From an uncultured virus (IMG/VR IMGVR_UViG_3300032331_001801) (Duplodnaviria; Heunggongvirae; Uroviricota; Caudoviricetes): a stretch of 61,140 bases of DNA. The notes beneath the pieces are model-generated. The model made no database searches, was not told the DNA's origin, and saw only the letters and a list, made by a program, of their open reading frames with translations. This document shows positions 27,162 through 37,034 of the stretch, piece after piece. Where the stretch lies: the IMG/VR virus record IMGVR_UViG_3300032331_001801. One strand, given 5' to 3'. Made by a program: the position numbers and the translations under genes. Numbering within the stretch: the first letter of the stretch is position 1; each line of letters opens with the position of its first letter.

Positions 27162-28126
27162 CTAAACACCTTACTCAACAAATAACACGCATGAACATAA
27201 AAGAACTTTGCTTTATCTATATCACCCGCCAGCACCTTAAATGGAAGCATACGAATAAACTGTGTTGCCTCAAAGACATCCACAATCTCTTTTGTTCTTG
27301 GTTCGATAATTCCAGACTCAAAATGATAGTTAAAGGTTTCAAAATTCTTGGGTATTTGCAACCTATGAGTTACAGAAACTTCACCTATATCTACTTTATT
27401 ATCATTTATATAACCATAGTGACTGCGTGAACATTGTAGAACTTGTGCATAGTCCAAGAATCTGGAATCAATCATACTCTCATCATATACATCAATAAAC
27501 ACCACACGATCTTCTTCAAATGAATATAGAATGTTTTCTAATGTGGGATTACCATGAATGTTTTCTTCTTGTATTAACTTTAATTCAGAAAAGAAATTCT
27601 CTAAATCATGTATTGAAGCACCTATACCTTGAACAATTCTGCCATCATATTCGTATGTACCGTGAGCATAAAATTCAGCAAACTCTGGTACAGCAAGAGC
27701 ATCAGTCATCTTCTGAAGAACTTCTTCCTCAAAATATAATTTACCCGCACCTGATATTGGATCATGCGTGACTGAATGAAGTTGATTCAATCCTTTCCAC
27801 ACTGCTTGACTCATACGGAAGATTTGTTCATCGGTCAGAGTATCGTTAGTCAGAATGGTTTTGATATCACGGAAGCCTTTCATGTATTCCATTTTGAAGA
27901 ATGCTTTATTGTGATCAACACCAACATCAATAACTTGTGGAAATAGATTTGGATATAGAGTATTATATCGTTGCAGTTTCTTTAGTTGTGAATACCAACG
28001 AACAAAACCATACTCACGATTTTGATCACGAACAATCTCTTTACTGATGTATTCTTGATCATATGATTTAATATAGTATGTGGAACTAAGAGAACCACCT
28101 TTAAGTTTTTTCACTGCGGATATCAT
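27158..28126 (-). CDS. APH/choline-kinase-fold phosphotransferase
   Basis: LKGGSLS glycine loop, MEYM hinge, HGNPTLENIL, VFID. Confidence 0.7.
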   Translation of the reverse strand: MISAVKKLKGGSLSSTYYIKSYDQEYISKEIVRDQNREYGFVRWYSQLKKLQRYNTLYPNLFPQVIDVGVDHNKAFFKMEYMKGFRDIKTILTNDTLTDEQIFRMSQAVWKGLNQLHSVTHDPISGAGKLYFEEEVLQKMTDALAVPEFAEFYAHGTYEYDGRIVQGIGASIHDLENFFSELKLIQEENIHGNPTLENILYSFEEDRVVFIDVYDESMIDSRFLDYAQVLQCSRSHYGYINDNKVDIGEVSVTHRLQIPKNFETFNYHFESGIIEPRTKEIVDVFEATQFIRMLPFKVLAGDIDKAKFFYVHACYLLSKVFR

Positions 28127-28854
28127 TTTGCACCTAATGTTTGTCGTGCTATCTCAATGCCATATTCTTGTGGACTGCCTAGCACAATCGTTTCTTGATT
28201 GTTTCCAAGACCGTTCATGTATACTTTTTTACCATCAGCAATCATACTTTGAATTACATCTGCTACATACAACTCATCATTTTTTTGTATCAGAGAATCG
28301 TAATAACTCATGTACATACTTGCTGTCAGAAATCCATACAGTCCAGATGAAGCATAAGGTGAGATTTGTTTCTTCTCAACAATCTCCAATACAGTCTCTT
28401 CAAATGCACGTACATATGAATACTTTGGTGAGTTACCTACGAATACATCAATGTATGCATCATAATCATCATTCATATTAGCACTAATCGTCTCTAATCT
28501 ACGACCTTTAACAATAGTGTCTGCATTGTGAATGAATGTTGGTAATTCTGTATAATACAGTTTACCAATACCAACTGCTGCGGTATGTGCTTGACCTTTG
28601 GTGTCACCAATGTACAGTACATTGTTTTCATTCAAATCCAATGGTTTAATTGTTTCAAGCAATTGATCTTTAAAATATACATCACGCTTGTTTGCAATCA
28701 GAACTGTTTGCTGTACTTCACCAAAATTCTTTAGAATGTCATGAATGATTGTTGTACCATTCCAAGGCAACAGATACTTTGGAATGTCGAAACCAACATC
28801 ATGAAAGCGGGTATTGTAACCCGCCATACAGATAACTAAATTTACTTCAGCCAT
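28123..28854 (-). CDS. sugar-phosphate nucleotidyltransferase
   Basis: ICMAGYNTRF...PKYLL, TKGQAHT, HNAD, IVEKKQIS..ASSGLY, ELYV. Confidence 0.85.
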   Translation of the reverse strand: MAEVNLVICMAGYNTRFHDVGFDIPKYLLPWNGTTIIHDILKNFGEVQQTVLIANKRDVYFKDQLLETIKPLDLNENNVLYIGDTKGQAHTAAVGIGKLYYTELPTFIHNADTIVKGRRLETISANMNDDYDAYIDVFVGNSPKYSYVRAFEETVLEIVEKKQISPYASSGLYGFLTASMYMSYYDSLIQKNDELYVADVIQSMIADGKKVYMNGLGNNQETIVLGSPQEYGIEIARQTLGAK

Positions 28855-29558
28855 TTTTCAAAATCTTCCCTAATTAGAGAGTGTGGTGTTCCGTTGAATT
28901 CGCCAGGTGGGAATGGATGATTGACATCACAATACACCAGATTCTTACCAACCATCTTATACTTCTTCCAGTTGGCACTCATAAAATCTTCACACATGTA
29001 TTGCACACCAGCATCATAAAACTCATCGATGTGGTTGTAGCATTCTGCATAGTTATCCATGTTTTTAGATGATGAGAATGCAAACTGATCATTACCAAAA
29101 TCTTTTGTTGGCACCATACGGCAGTTTGGAATGTAGAGTTTACTATTATCCAACTCGTCAAACGGTATTTTTGCGTTGATAGCAAAGTCGAATCGTGAAC
29201 GAATCACCCAATCAAATTCTATATTGTTTTCCAACTCATACTGAACTTTTATCTGATTACACCCCTGAATTGCATACAACTGTGCATAGGTTGACATGCG
29301 ACCATCTTTAACTTTCCAGTTTGGTGATGGTGGTGGTGTTCGTGTGTATCTGGACAAATCTTCATCAAGTGGGTCTTCAGCAATAGCTAATTCAGGCTTG
29401 TATAAATCTATGATTTCTTGATAGAAATCCATGTTCTCCTGAGTCCACGTGTGAAAGAACACAGTCACATCATTACCATCAAGAATATTCTTCTTGTGAA
29501 ATTCATATCCAGCTTTTACGCTACGTGCTTGTCCAGACAAACATAATGCTATCTTCAT
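28842..29558 (-). CDS. putative glycosyltransferase-like protein
   Basis: MKIALCLSGQAR, FFHTW, FDWVIRSRFD, NDQFAF. Confidence 0.6.
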   Translation of the reverse strand: MKIALCLSGQARSVKAGYEFHKKNILDGNDVTVFFHTWTQENMDFYQEIIDLYKPELAIAEDPLDEDLSRYTRTPPPSPNWKVKDGRMSTYAQLYAIQGCNQIKVQYELENNIEFDWVIRSRFDFAINAKIPFDELDNSKLYIPNCRMVPTKDFGNDQFAFSSSKNMDNYAECYNHIDEFYDAGVQYMCEDFMSANWKKYKMVGKNLVYCDVNHPFPPGEFNGTPHSLIREDFEKWLK

Positions 29559-30235
29559 AGATCACGCCCCACGTTTGCTTTGTTATCCACGATACCAAAA
29601 GGCTTCAATGCTTCTCTTTCAAATACAACCATGCTGTTATAGAATGCAACGGAGTATAAACAATGATAGTTCGATAGAACCTCTGGTGCTATTGGTGCAC
29701 CTTGAAAGTGTTGATGATTCAGAACATCTGTGGTGCGTTTAGAATGCTCAACGAATGTACCAGCACCACGGAACGTACCACCCCAAGGTTGTGGCCAGTA
29801 ACTTGTATGTGTATCTTCACAGATATAAACACCACCAACATTTAATCTCGGAAATAGTTTATTCAATGTAGTAATTTGATGCTGCATTACATGTGAACCA
29901 TCATCAATCACAATATCAAAACCCTTTTTATCTGCTAGGTATTGATCCCAAAATTGTGGATCACCCTGATCACCCATGACGATATCCACTTTACCATCAT
30001 ACACATAATTTTTACATTCTTCATTGATATCAACACCAACAACTTGAGTGCCTTCACCAAAGTATTTCAACCACATCTCAATAGAACCACCACCAAGAAC
30101 ACCAATCTCTAGGATTCGTGGTTTCTTACCAACGAATTTGCCTAGATGCCTTTCATATACATCAAAGTAACCAGACCATTTGGTGCAACCTTTTTCTAGG
30201 TTCCAGAAAATATCTTTTAGATTATTTGTCATCAT
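29555..30235 (-). CDS. class I SAM-dependent O-methyltransferase
   Basis: LEIGVLGGGS, GVDIN, GDQ, IDDGSH, GGVYICED. Confidence 0.88.
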   Translation of the reverse strand: MMTNNLKDIFWNLEKGCTKWSGYFDVYERHLGKFVGKKPRILEIGVLGGGSIEMWLKYFGEGTQVVGVDINEECKNYVYDGKVDIVMGDQGDPQFWDQYLADKKGFDIVIDDGSHVMQHQITTLNKLFPRLNVGGVYICEDTHTSYWPQPWGGTFRGAGTFVEHSKRTTDVLNHQHFQGAPIAPEVLSNYHCLYSVAFYNSMVVFEREALKPFGIVDNKANVGRDL

Positions 30236-31109
30236 ATTTTGCCTCAATCACTTTCTTCCATTCAGGTACACGATCATATTGATGAACAATAGTATACTCT
30301 ATTCCTGTCGATGTTACAACTTTATCATCTACCATTTTTGGTGATGGTTCAAGCAAGAATGGTCGGAATTGTTCTATCTTACTTGGATCGGCAGTTGTGC
30401 CTAATTGACATGCCCAACCATCTTCTGATTTGGTATACTTGGATGTTTTCAAATATGGATGTTGAGAGATTAGGAAATTGAATGTTGATTGATCACAGAT
30501 TTTAATTGGTCGATGCATACATGAGGCAAAGATGTTCATCATCAAATCTTTCATCGCATATCCACGACCAGCAAGAACACCTACATTGTAAATGACATTG
30601 TTCTTAAAATCTTCGTAAATTTGTGTGCCAAATGTTTCTCGAAGATTTTGGTCGCCCCACGGTTCATCTTTATATTTCATACTCTCAGATGAGAATACTA
30701 AATTACCTTTATTGAATTGAGATGACGGATGGGATATATGCATTTGGTCAAAAGTATGTCCTAAATTTTCTTCCAACCATGAAGAAGGATTCTTTTGGAA
30801 GATGACATCCTTAACATCCGTTGTGATAACATAACGGTAGTCTTTGTTCTTGAGGTGTTGATATATGTGGAAGAATCTCTCAACATGAACCATCATGTTA
30901 GAGCTATATGACAGATTACCGTCTGAATCTTGACCAAAAGCAATGATAGAGAAACCCGAATCAGAAATCTTCTGCACAGTATCTTTATCACAGTTCATGA
31001 GAATCAGGACTTTATCACCTTCAAATCCTGACCTATTGATTGAGTTTACCCAATACTTTAATTTTGACCAATCGTAATTAGTCGCACAACCTACTATCAA
31101 ATCCTTCAT
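30222..31109 (-). CDS. putative GT-A glycosyltransferase
   Basis: TTDVKDVIFQ (DxxD), NVGVLAG, DQSTFN, IVHQYDR. Confidence 0.7.
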   Translation of the reverse strand: MKDLIVGCATNYDWSKLKYWVNSINRSGFEGDKVLILMNCDKDTVQKISDSGFSIIAFGQDSDGNLSYSSNMMVHVERFFHIYQHLKNKDYRYVITTDVKDVIFQKNPSSWLEENLGHTFDQMHISHPSSQFNKGNLVFSSESMKYKDEPWGDQNLRETFGTQIYEDFKNNVIYNVGVLAGRGYAMKDLMMNIFASCMHRPIKICDQSTFNFLISQHPYLKTSKYTKSEDGWACQLGTTADPSKIEQFRPFLLEPSPKMVDDKVVTSTGIEYTIVHQYDRVPEWKKVIEAKYDDK

Positions 31110-31120
31110 AATAACTCCAG

Positions 31121-31399
31121 TTAATTATAAATTAGTTCTCTGTTATCCTCAATCAATGCTATAATTGCATGAGTGCCTATTTTGACTTGTTCTTCAGTTA
31201 GATTCAAACCATAAGCATCACTTACTAAATGTAACACCTCATGAAATACTGCTATTCGTTGTGTCTGCTCGGTATGATCTTGGTTGATAGAAATTAATTG
31301 CTTGTTGAAATCTGCTGATCCAACTAATCCATTCATTTCTTCTGTTGACTTTAGTGCAATACTATAATCAATACCTGCTATTTTAATTGTATCTTTCAA
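31121..31399 (-). CDS. small HExxH metallopeptidase-like protein
   Basis: FHEVLH...EEQ. Confidence 0.6.
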   Translation of the reverse strand: MKDTIKIAGIDYSIALKSTEEMNGLVGSADFNKQLISINQDHTEQTQRIAVFHEVLHLVSDAYGLNLTEEQVKIGTHAIIALIEDNRELIYN

Positions 31400-31554
31400 T
31401 TTGTATTCTTCTTATATAGTTCCGTACTCTGACCAGGAGTATCTTTTACATATTTTTGAACTGCTTCTGGTCTACCCCATTCACCAGCACCAGCCTTGGA
31501 AACAAAATCTTGTTTTCCCTCCAAGTCTTTGATATATTCTTTAAACGATTTCAT
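31396..31554 (-). CDS. small protein with capsid-targeting-like N-terminus
   Basis: [12 protein letters not shown]...GAGEWG...DTPGQ. Confidence 0.6.
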   Translation of the reverse strand: MKSFKEYIKDLEGKQDFVSKAGAGEWGRPEAVQKYVKDTPGQSTELYKKNTN

Positions 31555-31874
31555 ACAGCAAAAGAAGAACCACATCCACAAGTTGCTTTGACATTAGGAT
31601 TACGAATAGTAAAATTTGCACCCGATAAACTTTGAGTATAATCTAATTCGGATGCTTCCAAATATTGCAAACTCACACTATCTACAACAACTGAAATTCC
31701 ATCTTTGTCAAAAACAAAATCATCTTCCGCTGGAGGTAATTCTTCTAGTGAGAATCCATACTGAAACCCTGTGCAACCACCACCCTGAACAAAGACACGC
31801 AACTTGAGGGTTGGATTTTCTTCTTCAATAATAGATTTGATTTTCTTTGCTGCTTCTGTTGTGATAGTAATCAT
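31551..31874 (-). CDS. erpA: A-type Fe-S carrier (ErpA/IscA, HesB family)
   Basis: [30 protein letters not shown]. Confidence 0.88.
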   Translation of the reverse strand: MITITTEAAKKIKSIIEEENPTLKLRVFVQGGGCTGFQYGFSLEELPPAEDDFVFDKDGISVVVDSVSLQYLEASELDYTQSLSGANFTIRNPNVKATCGCGSSFAV

Positions 31875-32254
31875 TGGATATATTTTTCCTTATAATCCTT
31901 TATTGCTGCTTTAATTGCATCTTCGGCTAGAATGGAACAATGTATCTTCACAGGAGGTAGAGCCAGTTCTTCTGCTATATGAGTATTCATTATGAGTGCT
32001 GCTTCATCAAGTGTTTTACCTTTGACCCATTCTGTTACTAACGATGATGATGCTATTGCTGAACCACAACCGTATGTTTTAAATTTTGCATCTTCAATAA
32101 TTCCGTCATCACTCACTTTGATTTGTAATCGCATGACATCACCACACGCAGGAGCACCTACCATACCAGTTCCAACTCGTTTTATTTCTTTCGCAAATAC
32201 TCCAACATTTCTTGGATTTTCATAATGATCTAATACTTTATCTGAGTATGCCAT
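31871..32254 (-). CDS. iscU: Fe-S cluster scaffold IscU
   Basis: [46 protein letters not shown]. Confidence 0.95.
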   Translation of the reverse strand: MAYSDKVLDHYENPRNVGVFAKEIKRVGTGMVGAPACGDVMRLQIKVSDDGIIEDAKFKTYGCGSAIASSSLVTEWVKGKTLDEAALIMNTHIAEELALPPVKIHCSILAEDAIKAAIKDYKEKYIQ

Positions 32255-32275
32255 TATTTCCTTGTATAATAGTAA

Positions 32276-32554
32276 TCATTTTTTACCTAAAAACTTTTTC
32301 TTCTTTTCTACTGGTTTAGCGGGAGTCTTATCTTCTTTAAACAGTTCAACGTGTTTTGGTAGTTCTGGTTTAAGCATGTTTTTAAACATCAAGATAACTC
32401 TTGGCTTTTCTTTTTCAGTTATTATCTTGACTGCTTCCAACTTAGATTCATAGCTTTTGGCACCATCTAAAAATTCTTCAGGTACTGAAAGTTTTTTCTT
32501 CTTAGGTTTTAATGCGTCTAACTTTTTCCTAAATTCTTCTTGTTCGTCGCTCAT
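32276..32554 (-). CDS. hypothetical protein
   Basis: 92-aa Lys-rich ORF. Confidence 0.65.
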   Translation of the reverse strand: MSDEQEEFRKKLDALKPKKKKLSVPEEFLDGAKSYESKLEAVKIITEKEKPRVILMFKNMLKPELPKHVELFKEDKTPAKPVEKKKKFLGKK

Positions 32555-32826
32555 TATCCACGTGTAAGTGAAAGTATCTTCTGTATTTGGGTTTCGACTA
32601 ATGTTTTACGATTTGGCCAGTAAATATATTCTTTGTCTGCTGTCTTCAATAACTTAGTGAAAAATGGTAAAACCAGCTTCTCTACCTCTGCCAGCCTATG
32701 TTTGTATGCTTCTGCTGTGTCTGCGGTTTCAGTAATAACAGCATTGTATTCTGCTTCCGATACAGCAGAAAAACCAAAATCATCTTCACCATATTCGGCT
32801 AATATCTTGTTAATGTCGTATGCCAT
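32554..32826 (-). CDS. hypothetical T4-like protein
   Basis: DDFGFSAV...KEYIYWPNR. Confidence 0.7.
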   Translation of the reverse strand: MAYDINKILAEYGEDDFGFSAVSEAEYNAVITETADTAEAYKHRLAEVEKLVLPFFTKLLKTADKEYIYWPNRKTLVETQIQKILSLTRG

Positions 32827-32843
32827 TCACTTCTCCTTTACTT

Positions 32844-32851
32844 TATTTATA
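32844..32851 (-). promoter_or_regulatory. T4-type late promoter
   Basis: TATAAATA heading the run of genes from iscU through the cyclase cluster. Confidence 0.65.
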
Positions 32852-32853
32852 TT

Positions 32854-33417
32854 TCAAATATAGTGAAGATAACCGCCAACAATATACTTAGGTGTACCAA
32901 TAGGCTTAAATGCTACATGTGGATGAGTCCATAATGGTGGAAACATCAGCAAACGACCTGCTCTGGGTTGAACTTTCAATTTAATGGGTTGTCCCCTATT
33001 CAATTGAAATGCTGTTTGACCACCCTCTTCAACATCATTAAGATACCAGAAATAGACCAGAAATCTACGTGCTGAAGCGTAGTCCTGTACGTCTACATGG
33101 AATTTAAACTCATCTTGGTCGTTTGGAAGATACCTTTTCATTCGAAACTGTTCATAGCCATGATTTTCTGGCCATGACATTAAATCGATTCCGACATCTT
33201 TCTTATACACATCCATGTAGGTCTGCATCGTACCTACCATAAAATCTATCTCAGACTTCCATGTAACAATATTCTCATTCAGATTCAATTCGGTAAATGA
33301 CCGATGACCTTCAAGATAGGTTTCTTTCTGTTGCTTGGGATGATTCTCAAATTTCTTTATGACAGAATCGCAAAACGTTTTAGGTAAAACATTATCATAA
33401 TATTTTACGTAACTCAT
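32854..33417 (-). CDS. 2OG-Fe(II) oxygenase (prolyl-4-hydroxylase-like)
   Basis: HVD...YLNDVEEGGQT...FPPLWTHPH...KY. Confidence 0.85.
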   Translation of the reverse strand: MSYVKYYDNVLPKTFCDSVIKKFENHPKQQKETYLEGHRSFTELNLNENIVTWKSEIDFMVGTMQTYMDVYKKDVGIDLMSWPENHGYEQFRMKRYLPNDQDEFKFHVDVQDYASARRFLVYFWYLNDVEEGGQTAFQLNRGQPIKLKVQPRAGRLLMFPPLWTHPHVAFKPIGTPKYIVGGYLHYI

Positions 33418-34817
33418 ACTTTGAATCCCCCAAAGTTTTTGAATTTACTTGTACGCTCACGTTCACCAAAACTATTCAAAGGTTTATCATCAACCTGTCC
33501 AGCATCTACTAAATCTTCCTGTGCAACCTGTTCAACGTCATAAAGTTTCATCTTGGCACGATCAATACCAATCACAAACCTCTTAAAATGATTAGGATCG
33601 TTATATCGATTCTTCAACTGTTTTACCATTATTTGATTCATCTGTTGTAGTTCTTCAGTTGAAATCAAGGCAAACATAAAGTCTGCTGTTGCTGGTAAGC
33701 CAAATGATTCTGATGTATCTTCAAGACCAGGATCGGAACTGGTAAATCCTGAACGTGTGGTCTGTGTAGCAGAAACAATCGGTACGTTAAATTCAACTGC
33801 TAACCCACGCAACTCTTCAGCAATAGCTTTAATATAACTGTACGAGTTTACATTGGCACCAGCTTTGATTCGTGCAGATGAGCAAATGTTCAGGTAATCA
33901 ATAAAGATAATACTTGGTTTAAAACTTTTCTTGAGTTGAAGTTCGTTCAATAATGCACGAAAATGCATTGCTGATGCAGATGCTGTTGGATATTCTTTAA
34001 TAATAAGTTTGCCCTGTGTTTTTGAACACAATGCGGTGAACTTACGATCATAATCCGTTTTACTCATCGTATGTAAATCAGATATGTCAATGTTCAACAG
34101 ATTAGCATCGATACGTTCAGCAATTTTTTCTTCTGCCATTTCCAATGTAATGTACAGAACATTCAATCCCTGCGACATTGCTGATGCAGCCACGTGACAC
34201 ATGAACAAAGATTTACCTACACCTGTACCAGCAAGTGCGATGTTCAATGTTTTGTTTGGTATACCACCCTTGGTGATCTTATTGAAGATGTCCAAGTCAA
34301 ATGGTATTTTTGTTTCATGACGATGGTAGAAATCGAATCGACTGCTATAATCATCAATGTAATCGTGTCCCACAGATGAATCGAATGAAACACCAAGTGC
34401 ATCACTCAAAAGTTTTGGTATAGAACCCTTGGCTTGCTTATCTACTTTATCATCAAGAATACGAACTGATTCCATGATAGCATTATAGATTGCCTTATCC
34501 TGACAAAACTTTTCAGTTTGATCTGTTAACCATTCTGTATCTGTTGGTTCATCTTTACTTGCATTGATTTCACGAATTAGTTCAATTGCACCACGAACTT
34601 GTTCTTCTGTTAACTTCTTAGATTCTGTAAAATTGATTACGAGTGATTCGTATGTCGGTAGGTGTTTATAATGATTGATGTGTTCATCTATTTCTGTGAA
34701 CACATTCTTTTCTGTGGAATCTGAAAAGTATTCTAATTTGATAAATGGTAAAATCTTACGTGCATAGGCTTCATTAAATATCAAATTCTTTAGTATCGTC
34801 GTTTCTAATCGTTTCAT
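33414..34817 (-). CDS. replicative DNA helicase (T4 gp41-like)
   Basis: AGTGVGKS, IDYLNIC, SATQTTR, ESFGLPATAD. Confidence 0.95.
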   Translation of the reverse strand: MKRLETTILKNLIFNEAYARKILPFIKLEYFSDSTEKNVFTEIDEHINHYKHLPTYESLVINFTESKKLTEEQVRGAIELIREINASKDEPTDTEWLTDQTEKFCQDKAIYNAIMESVRILDDKVDKQAKGSIPKLLSDALGVSFDSSVGHDYIDDYSSRFDFYHRHETKIPFDLDIFNKITKGGIPNKTLNIALAGTGVGKSLFMCHVAASAMSQGLNVLYITLEMAEEKIAERIDANLLNIDISDLHTMSKTDYDRKFTALCSKTQGKLIIKEYPTASASAMHFRALLNELQLKKSFKPSIIFIDYLNICSSARIKAGANVNSYSYIKAIAEELRGLAVEFNVPIVSATQTTRSGFTSSDPGLEDTSESFGLPATADFMFALISTEELQQMNQIMVKQLKNRYNDPNHFKRFVIGIDRAKMKLYDVEQVAQEDLVDAGQVDDKPLNSFGERERTSKFKNFGGFKV

Positions 34818-35142
34818 TGGATTGTTTCATCAGAATATCTGTTAGTATATCACCGATCATTGTATGGAATTCTTGATCAATTGTCAAATCATGAACGGTG
34901 AAATTCGGTGTGTGCTCAATGGTATAATCAAAGTAAAGTCGGGCAAACTCACCTTCTTCAACTACCCTTGCTTTACCATAATGATACAAGACACCAGCAT
35001 ACTTTCCCTTTAGTATGCCGATGCCTGTTATCTGCTCATCATCAGATGGTATAAATTGGTAATCGATTTCTTCTTTATAACCCACTTGCTTCCTCTTCCA
35101 AAACGTCATCTTGTCCAAGAATGCTACTATACGTGATCTCAT
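34774..35142 (-). CDS. gp40-like head vertex assembly chaperone (positional call)
   Basis: Sits between uvsX and gp41 as T4 gene 40 does; start uncertain. Confidence 0.5.
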   Translation of the reverse strand: MRSRIVAFLDKMTFWKRKQVGYKEEIDYQFIPSDDEQITGIGILKGKYAGVLYHYGKARVVEEGEFARLYFDYTIEHTPNFTVHDLTIDQEFHTMIGDILTDILMKQSNETIRNDDTKEFDI

Positions 35143-36133
35143 ATCGTTTCCTTACATATTCTTTAAACTTTTCACTTGCAAGAATATCATTCCAAAACTC
35201 TGCGTTTTGTGTATCATCAAAGCGTTTCTTGTCACCAATCTCACCTGTTTCCTGATCAACTTTCGCATACCAACCGTTTGATGGTTTGGATACAAAGTTA
35301 CCTTCAAGTGCAATGTCCATCAGACCAGAATACTTTTGAATACCACCATCAAATGAAACTGCTACAGGAATCTTTGACTTCTCACGAACAAAACGTGATT
35401 TCTCAACGTTGATGATGAAGTTATATCCTGTAATTTCTGTTCCGGTTTTTTCTTGCTGGCGACCAAGAATCCAAATGGTATCCGCTGAATAGTATGAACC
35501 TGTGCCACCACCAACGATGTCTTTAGGATATAACCCAATTTCTTTGTAGGTGTGATTGACCACAATCATTGGAATATCTTTCATAGTCAAGTGTGGTGTA
35601 ACCATACGGAACAAACTCTTGATTTGTTTGGCACGACTCATGTCTGCTACAGTTTTACCTTCTGTCGCATCATCAACTTCTTTCTTGGATGCCAGATTAC
35701 CAATAGAATCAAGAATTATGATAACCTTATCTTCTTTACCAATCTCTTGCATCTGTACCATGATGTCATGTTTCAATTGTTCAACATCAGTAATTGGTGT
35801 ATGAAGAACTCGATCAGTATCAATGTTGAATGTATCAAAGTAAGCTTGTGGTGTACCGAACTCTGAATCATAAAACAAAACTACAGCATCAGGATATTTC
35901 TTCATGTATGCCGATGCCATCAACAAAGCAAATGCAGTTTTAAAGTGTTTGGATGGACCTGCAAACATAGTCAAACCTGGTGTCAAACCACCATCTAGAT
36001 TACCAGACAGTGCCACATTCACCATAGGTACATCAGTTTGTATCATGTCTTTTTCTGTAAAGAACAATGACTTTGCAAGGATTGCCGAATCTTTAATCGT
36101 CGAACCTTTTTTCAATCTATCAAGAACGCTCAT
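35075..36133 (-). CDS. uvsX: RecA-like recombinase
   Basis: AGPSKHFKT, FYDSEFG, DSIGNLASKKE, VEKSRFVREK. Confidence 0.95.
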   Translation of the reverse strand: MSVLDRLKKGSTIKDSAILAKSLFFTEKDMIQTDVPMVNVALSGNLDGGLTPGLTMFAGPSKHFKTAFALLMASAYMKKYPDAVVLFYDSEFGTPQAYFDTFNIDTDRVLHTPITDVEQLKHDIMVQMQEIGKEDKVIIILDSIGNLASKKEVDDATEGKTVADMSRAKQIKSLFRMVTPHLTMKDIPMIVVNHTYKEIGLYPKDIVGGGTGSYYSADTIWILGRQQEKTGTEITGYNFIINVEKSRFVREKSKIPVAVSFDGGIQKYSGLMDIALEGNFVSKPSNGWYAKVDQETGEIGDKKRFDDTQNAEFWNDILASEKFKEYVRKRYEITYSSILGQDDVLEEEASGL

Positions 36134-37034
36134 TCATATCTCCATTCATATCAGCTATTTTATCTTTGGCAATAACGGTGTGGTTATCGTCTACAAAGAA
36201 TGATTCTAGACTAGGCGTTGTTGCCTTGTCAACTTTCTTTTTCTTAACCACCCGTATTGGTTCGGGTGTTATTTGTTTATCGCCTTTTAATCTACGATAT
36301 GTTTGATTAGCGGCAATCAACAACAATACTGCAAGTGGATCAAATACCACAATGATGACAAAGATTACTAATCGTACTGCCTTATCAATCAAATCACGAT
36401 CTTGTGTGCCGTAAACTACATCTGCCACATATTTTATAGGCCCCAAGTCTGATTCAGCCTTCTTAATTTCCAAGGATATAGGAGACTTTTCTTCCGTAAT
36501 TTTTTGAATTTCGGTTTGCGACCTAGCAATTTCATCAGAGATTCGTGTGCGCTCTTTCTGTTGGGCTTTGCGGATTTGATTCGACCTTTCCGCGCCCCTC
36601 TCATCCGACGATCTTGCCATAACCTGGTCAACCGCCGCATCCAACTGGAGGACATTTTTGCGATTAGCCTCGATACTCTCTTTGAGGGTTTTAATCTTTT
36701 CCTCATAAATCATTTCCTTCTCAACTAATGGTGTAATACCTGTTGAATGTTCTATGTGTGCTTTAGACAGATAACCAAAAATACCCATCGATGTGATTGC
36801 CATGAGCAATATAACAGCAATCAGAAAATATACTTTCAATGCAGAGAATGTATTTTTCCAGTTATTATATAACCACGATACTGTTACCAGTTTTGCCGCT
36901 TCAAGCACAGACCCCATAATAATAATTGGCCAGTATGAACCTGGAAATATCTGTGCAAGACCAATGACTGAATAATATGCTGCAATAGCAGATAAAGCAA
37001 TAGCAGTCAAAAATGGTAATATAACGTGTATCAT
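36120..37034 (-). CDS. membrane protein with coiled coil
   Basis: Three N-terminal TM helices, coiled coil, C-terminal TM (FDPLAVLLL). Confidence 0.75.
   Translation of the reverse strand: MIHVILPFLTAIALSAIAAYYSVIGLAQIFPGSYWPIIIMGSVLEAAKLVTVSWLYNNWKNTFSALKVYFLIAVILLMAITSMGIFGYLSKAHIEHSTGITPLVEKEMIYEEKIKTLKESIEANRKNVLQLDAAVDQVMARSSDERGAERSNQIRKAQQKERTRISDEIARSQTEIQKITEEKSPISLEIKKAESDLGPIKYVADVVYGTQDRDLIDKAVRLVIFVIIVVFDPLAVLLLIAANQTYRRLKGDKQITPEPIRVVKKKKVDKATTPSLESFFVDDNHTVIAKDKIADMNGDMNERS
36203..36232 (-). promoter_or_regulatory. sigma70-type promoter for uvsX, inside the upstream gene
   Basis: TTGACA-N18-TAGAAT. Confidence 0.5.
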
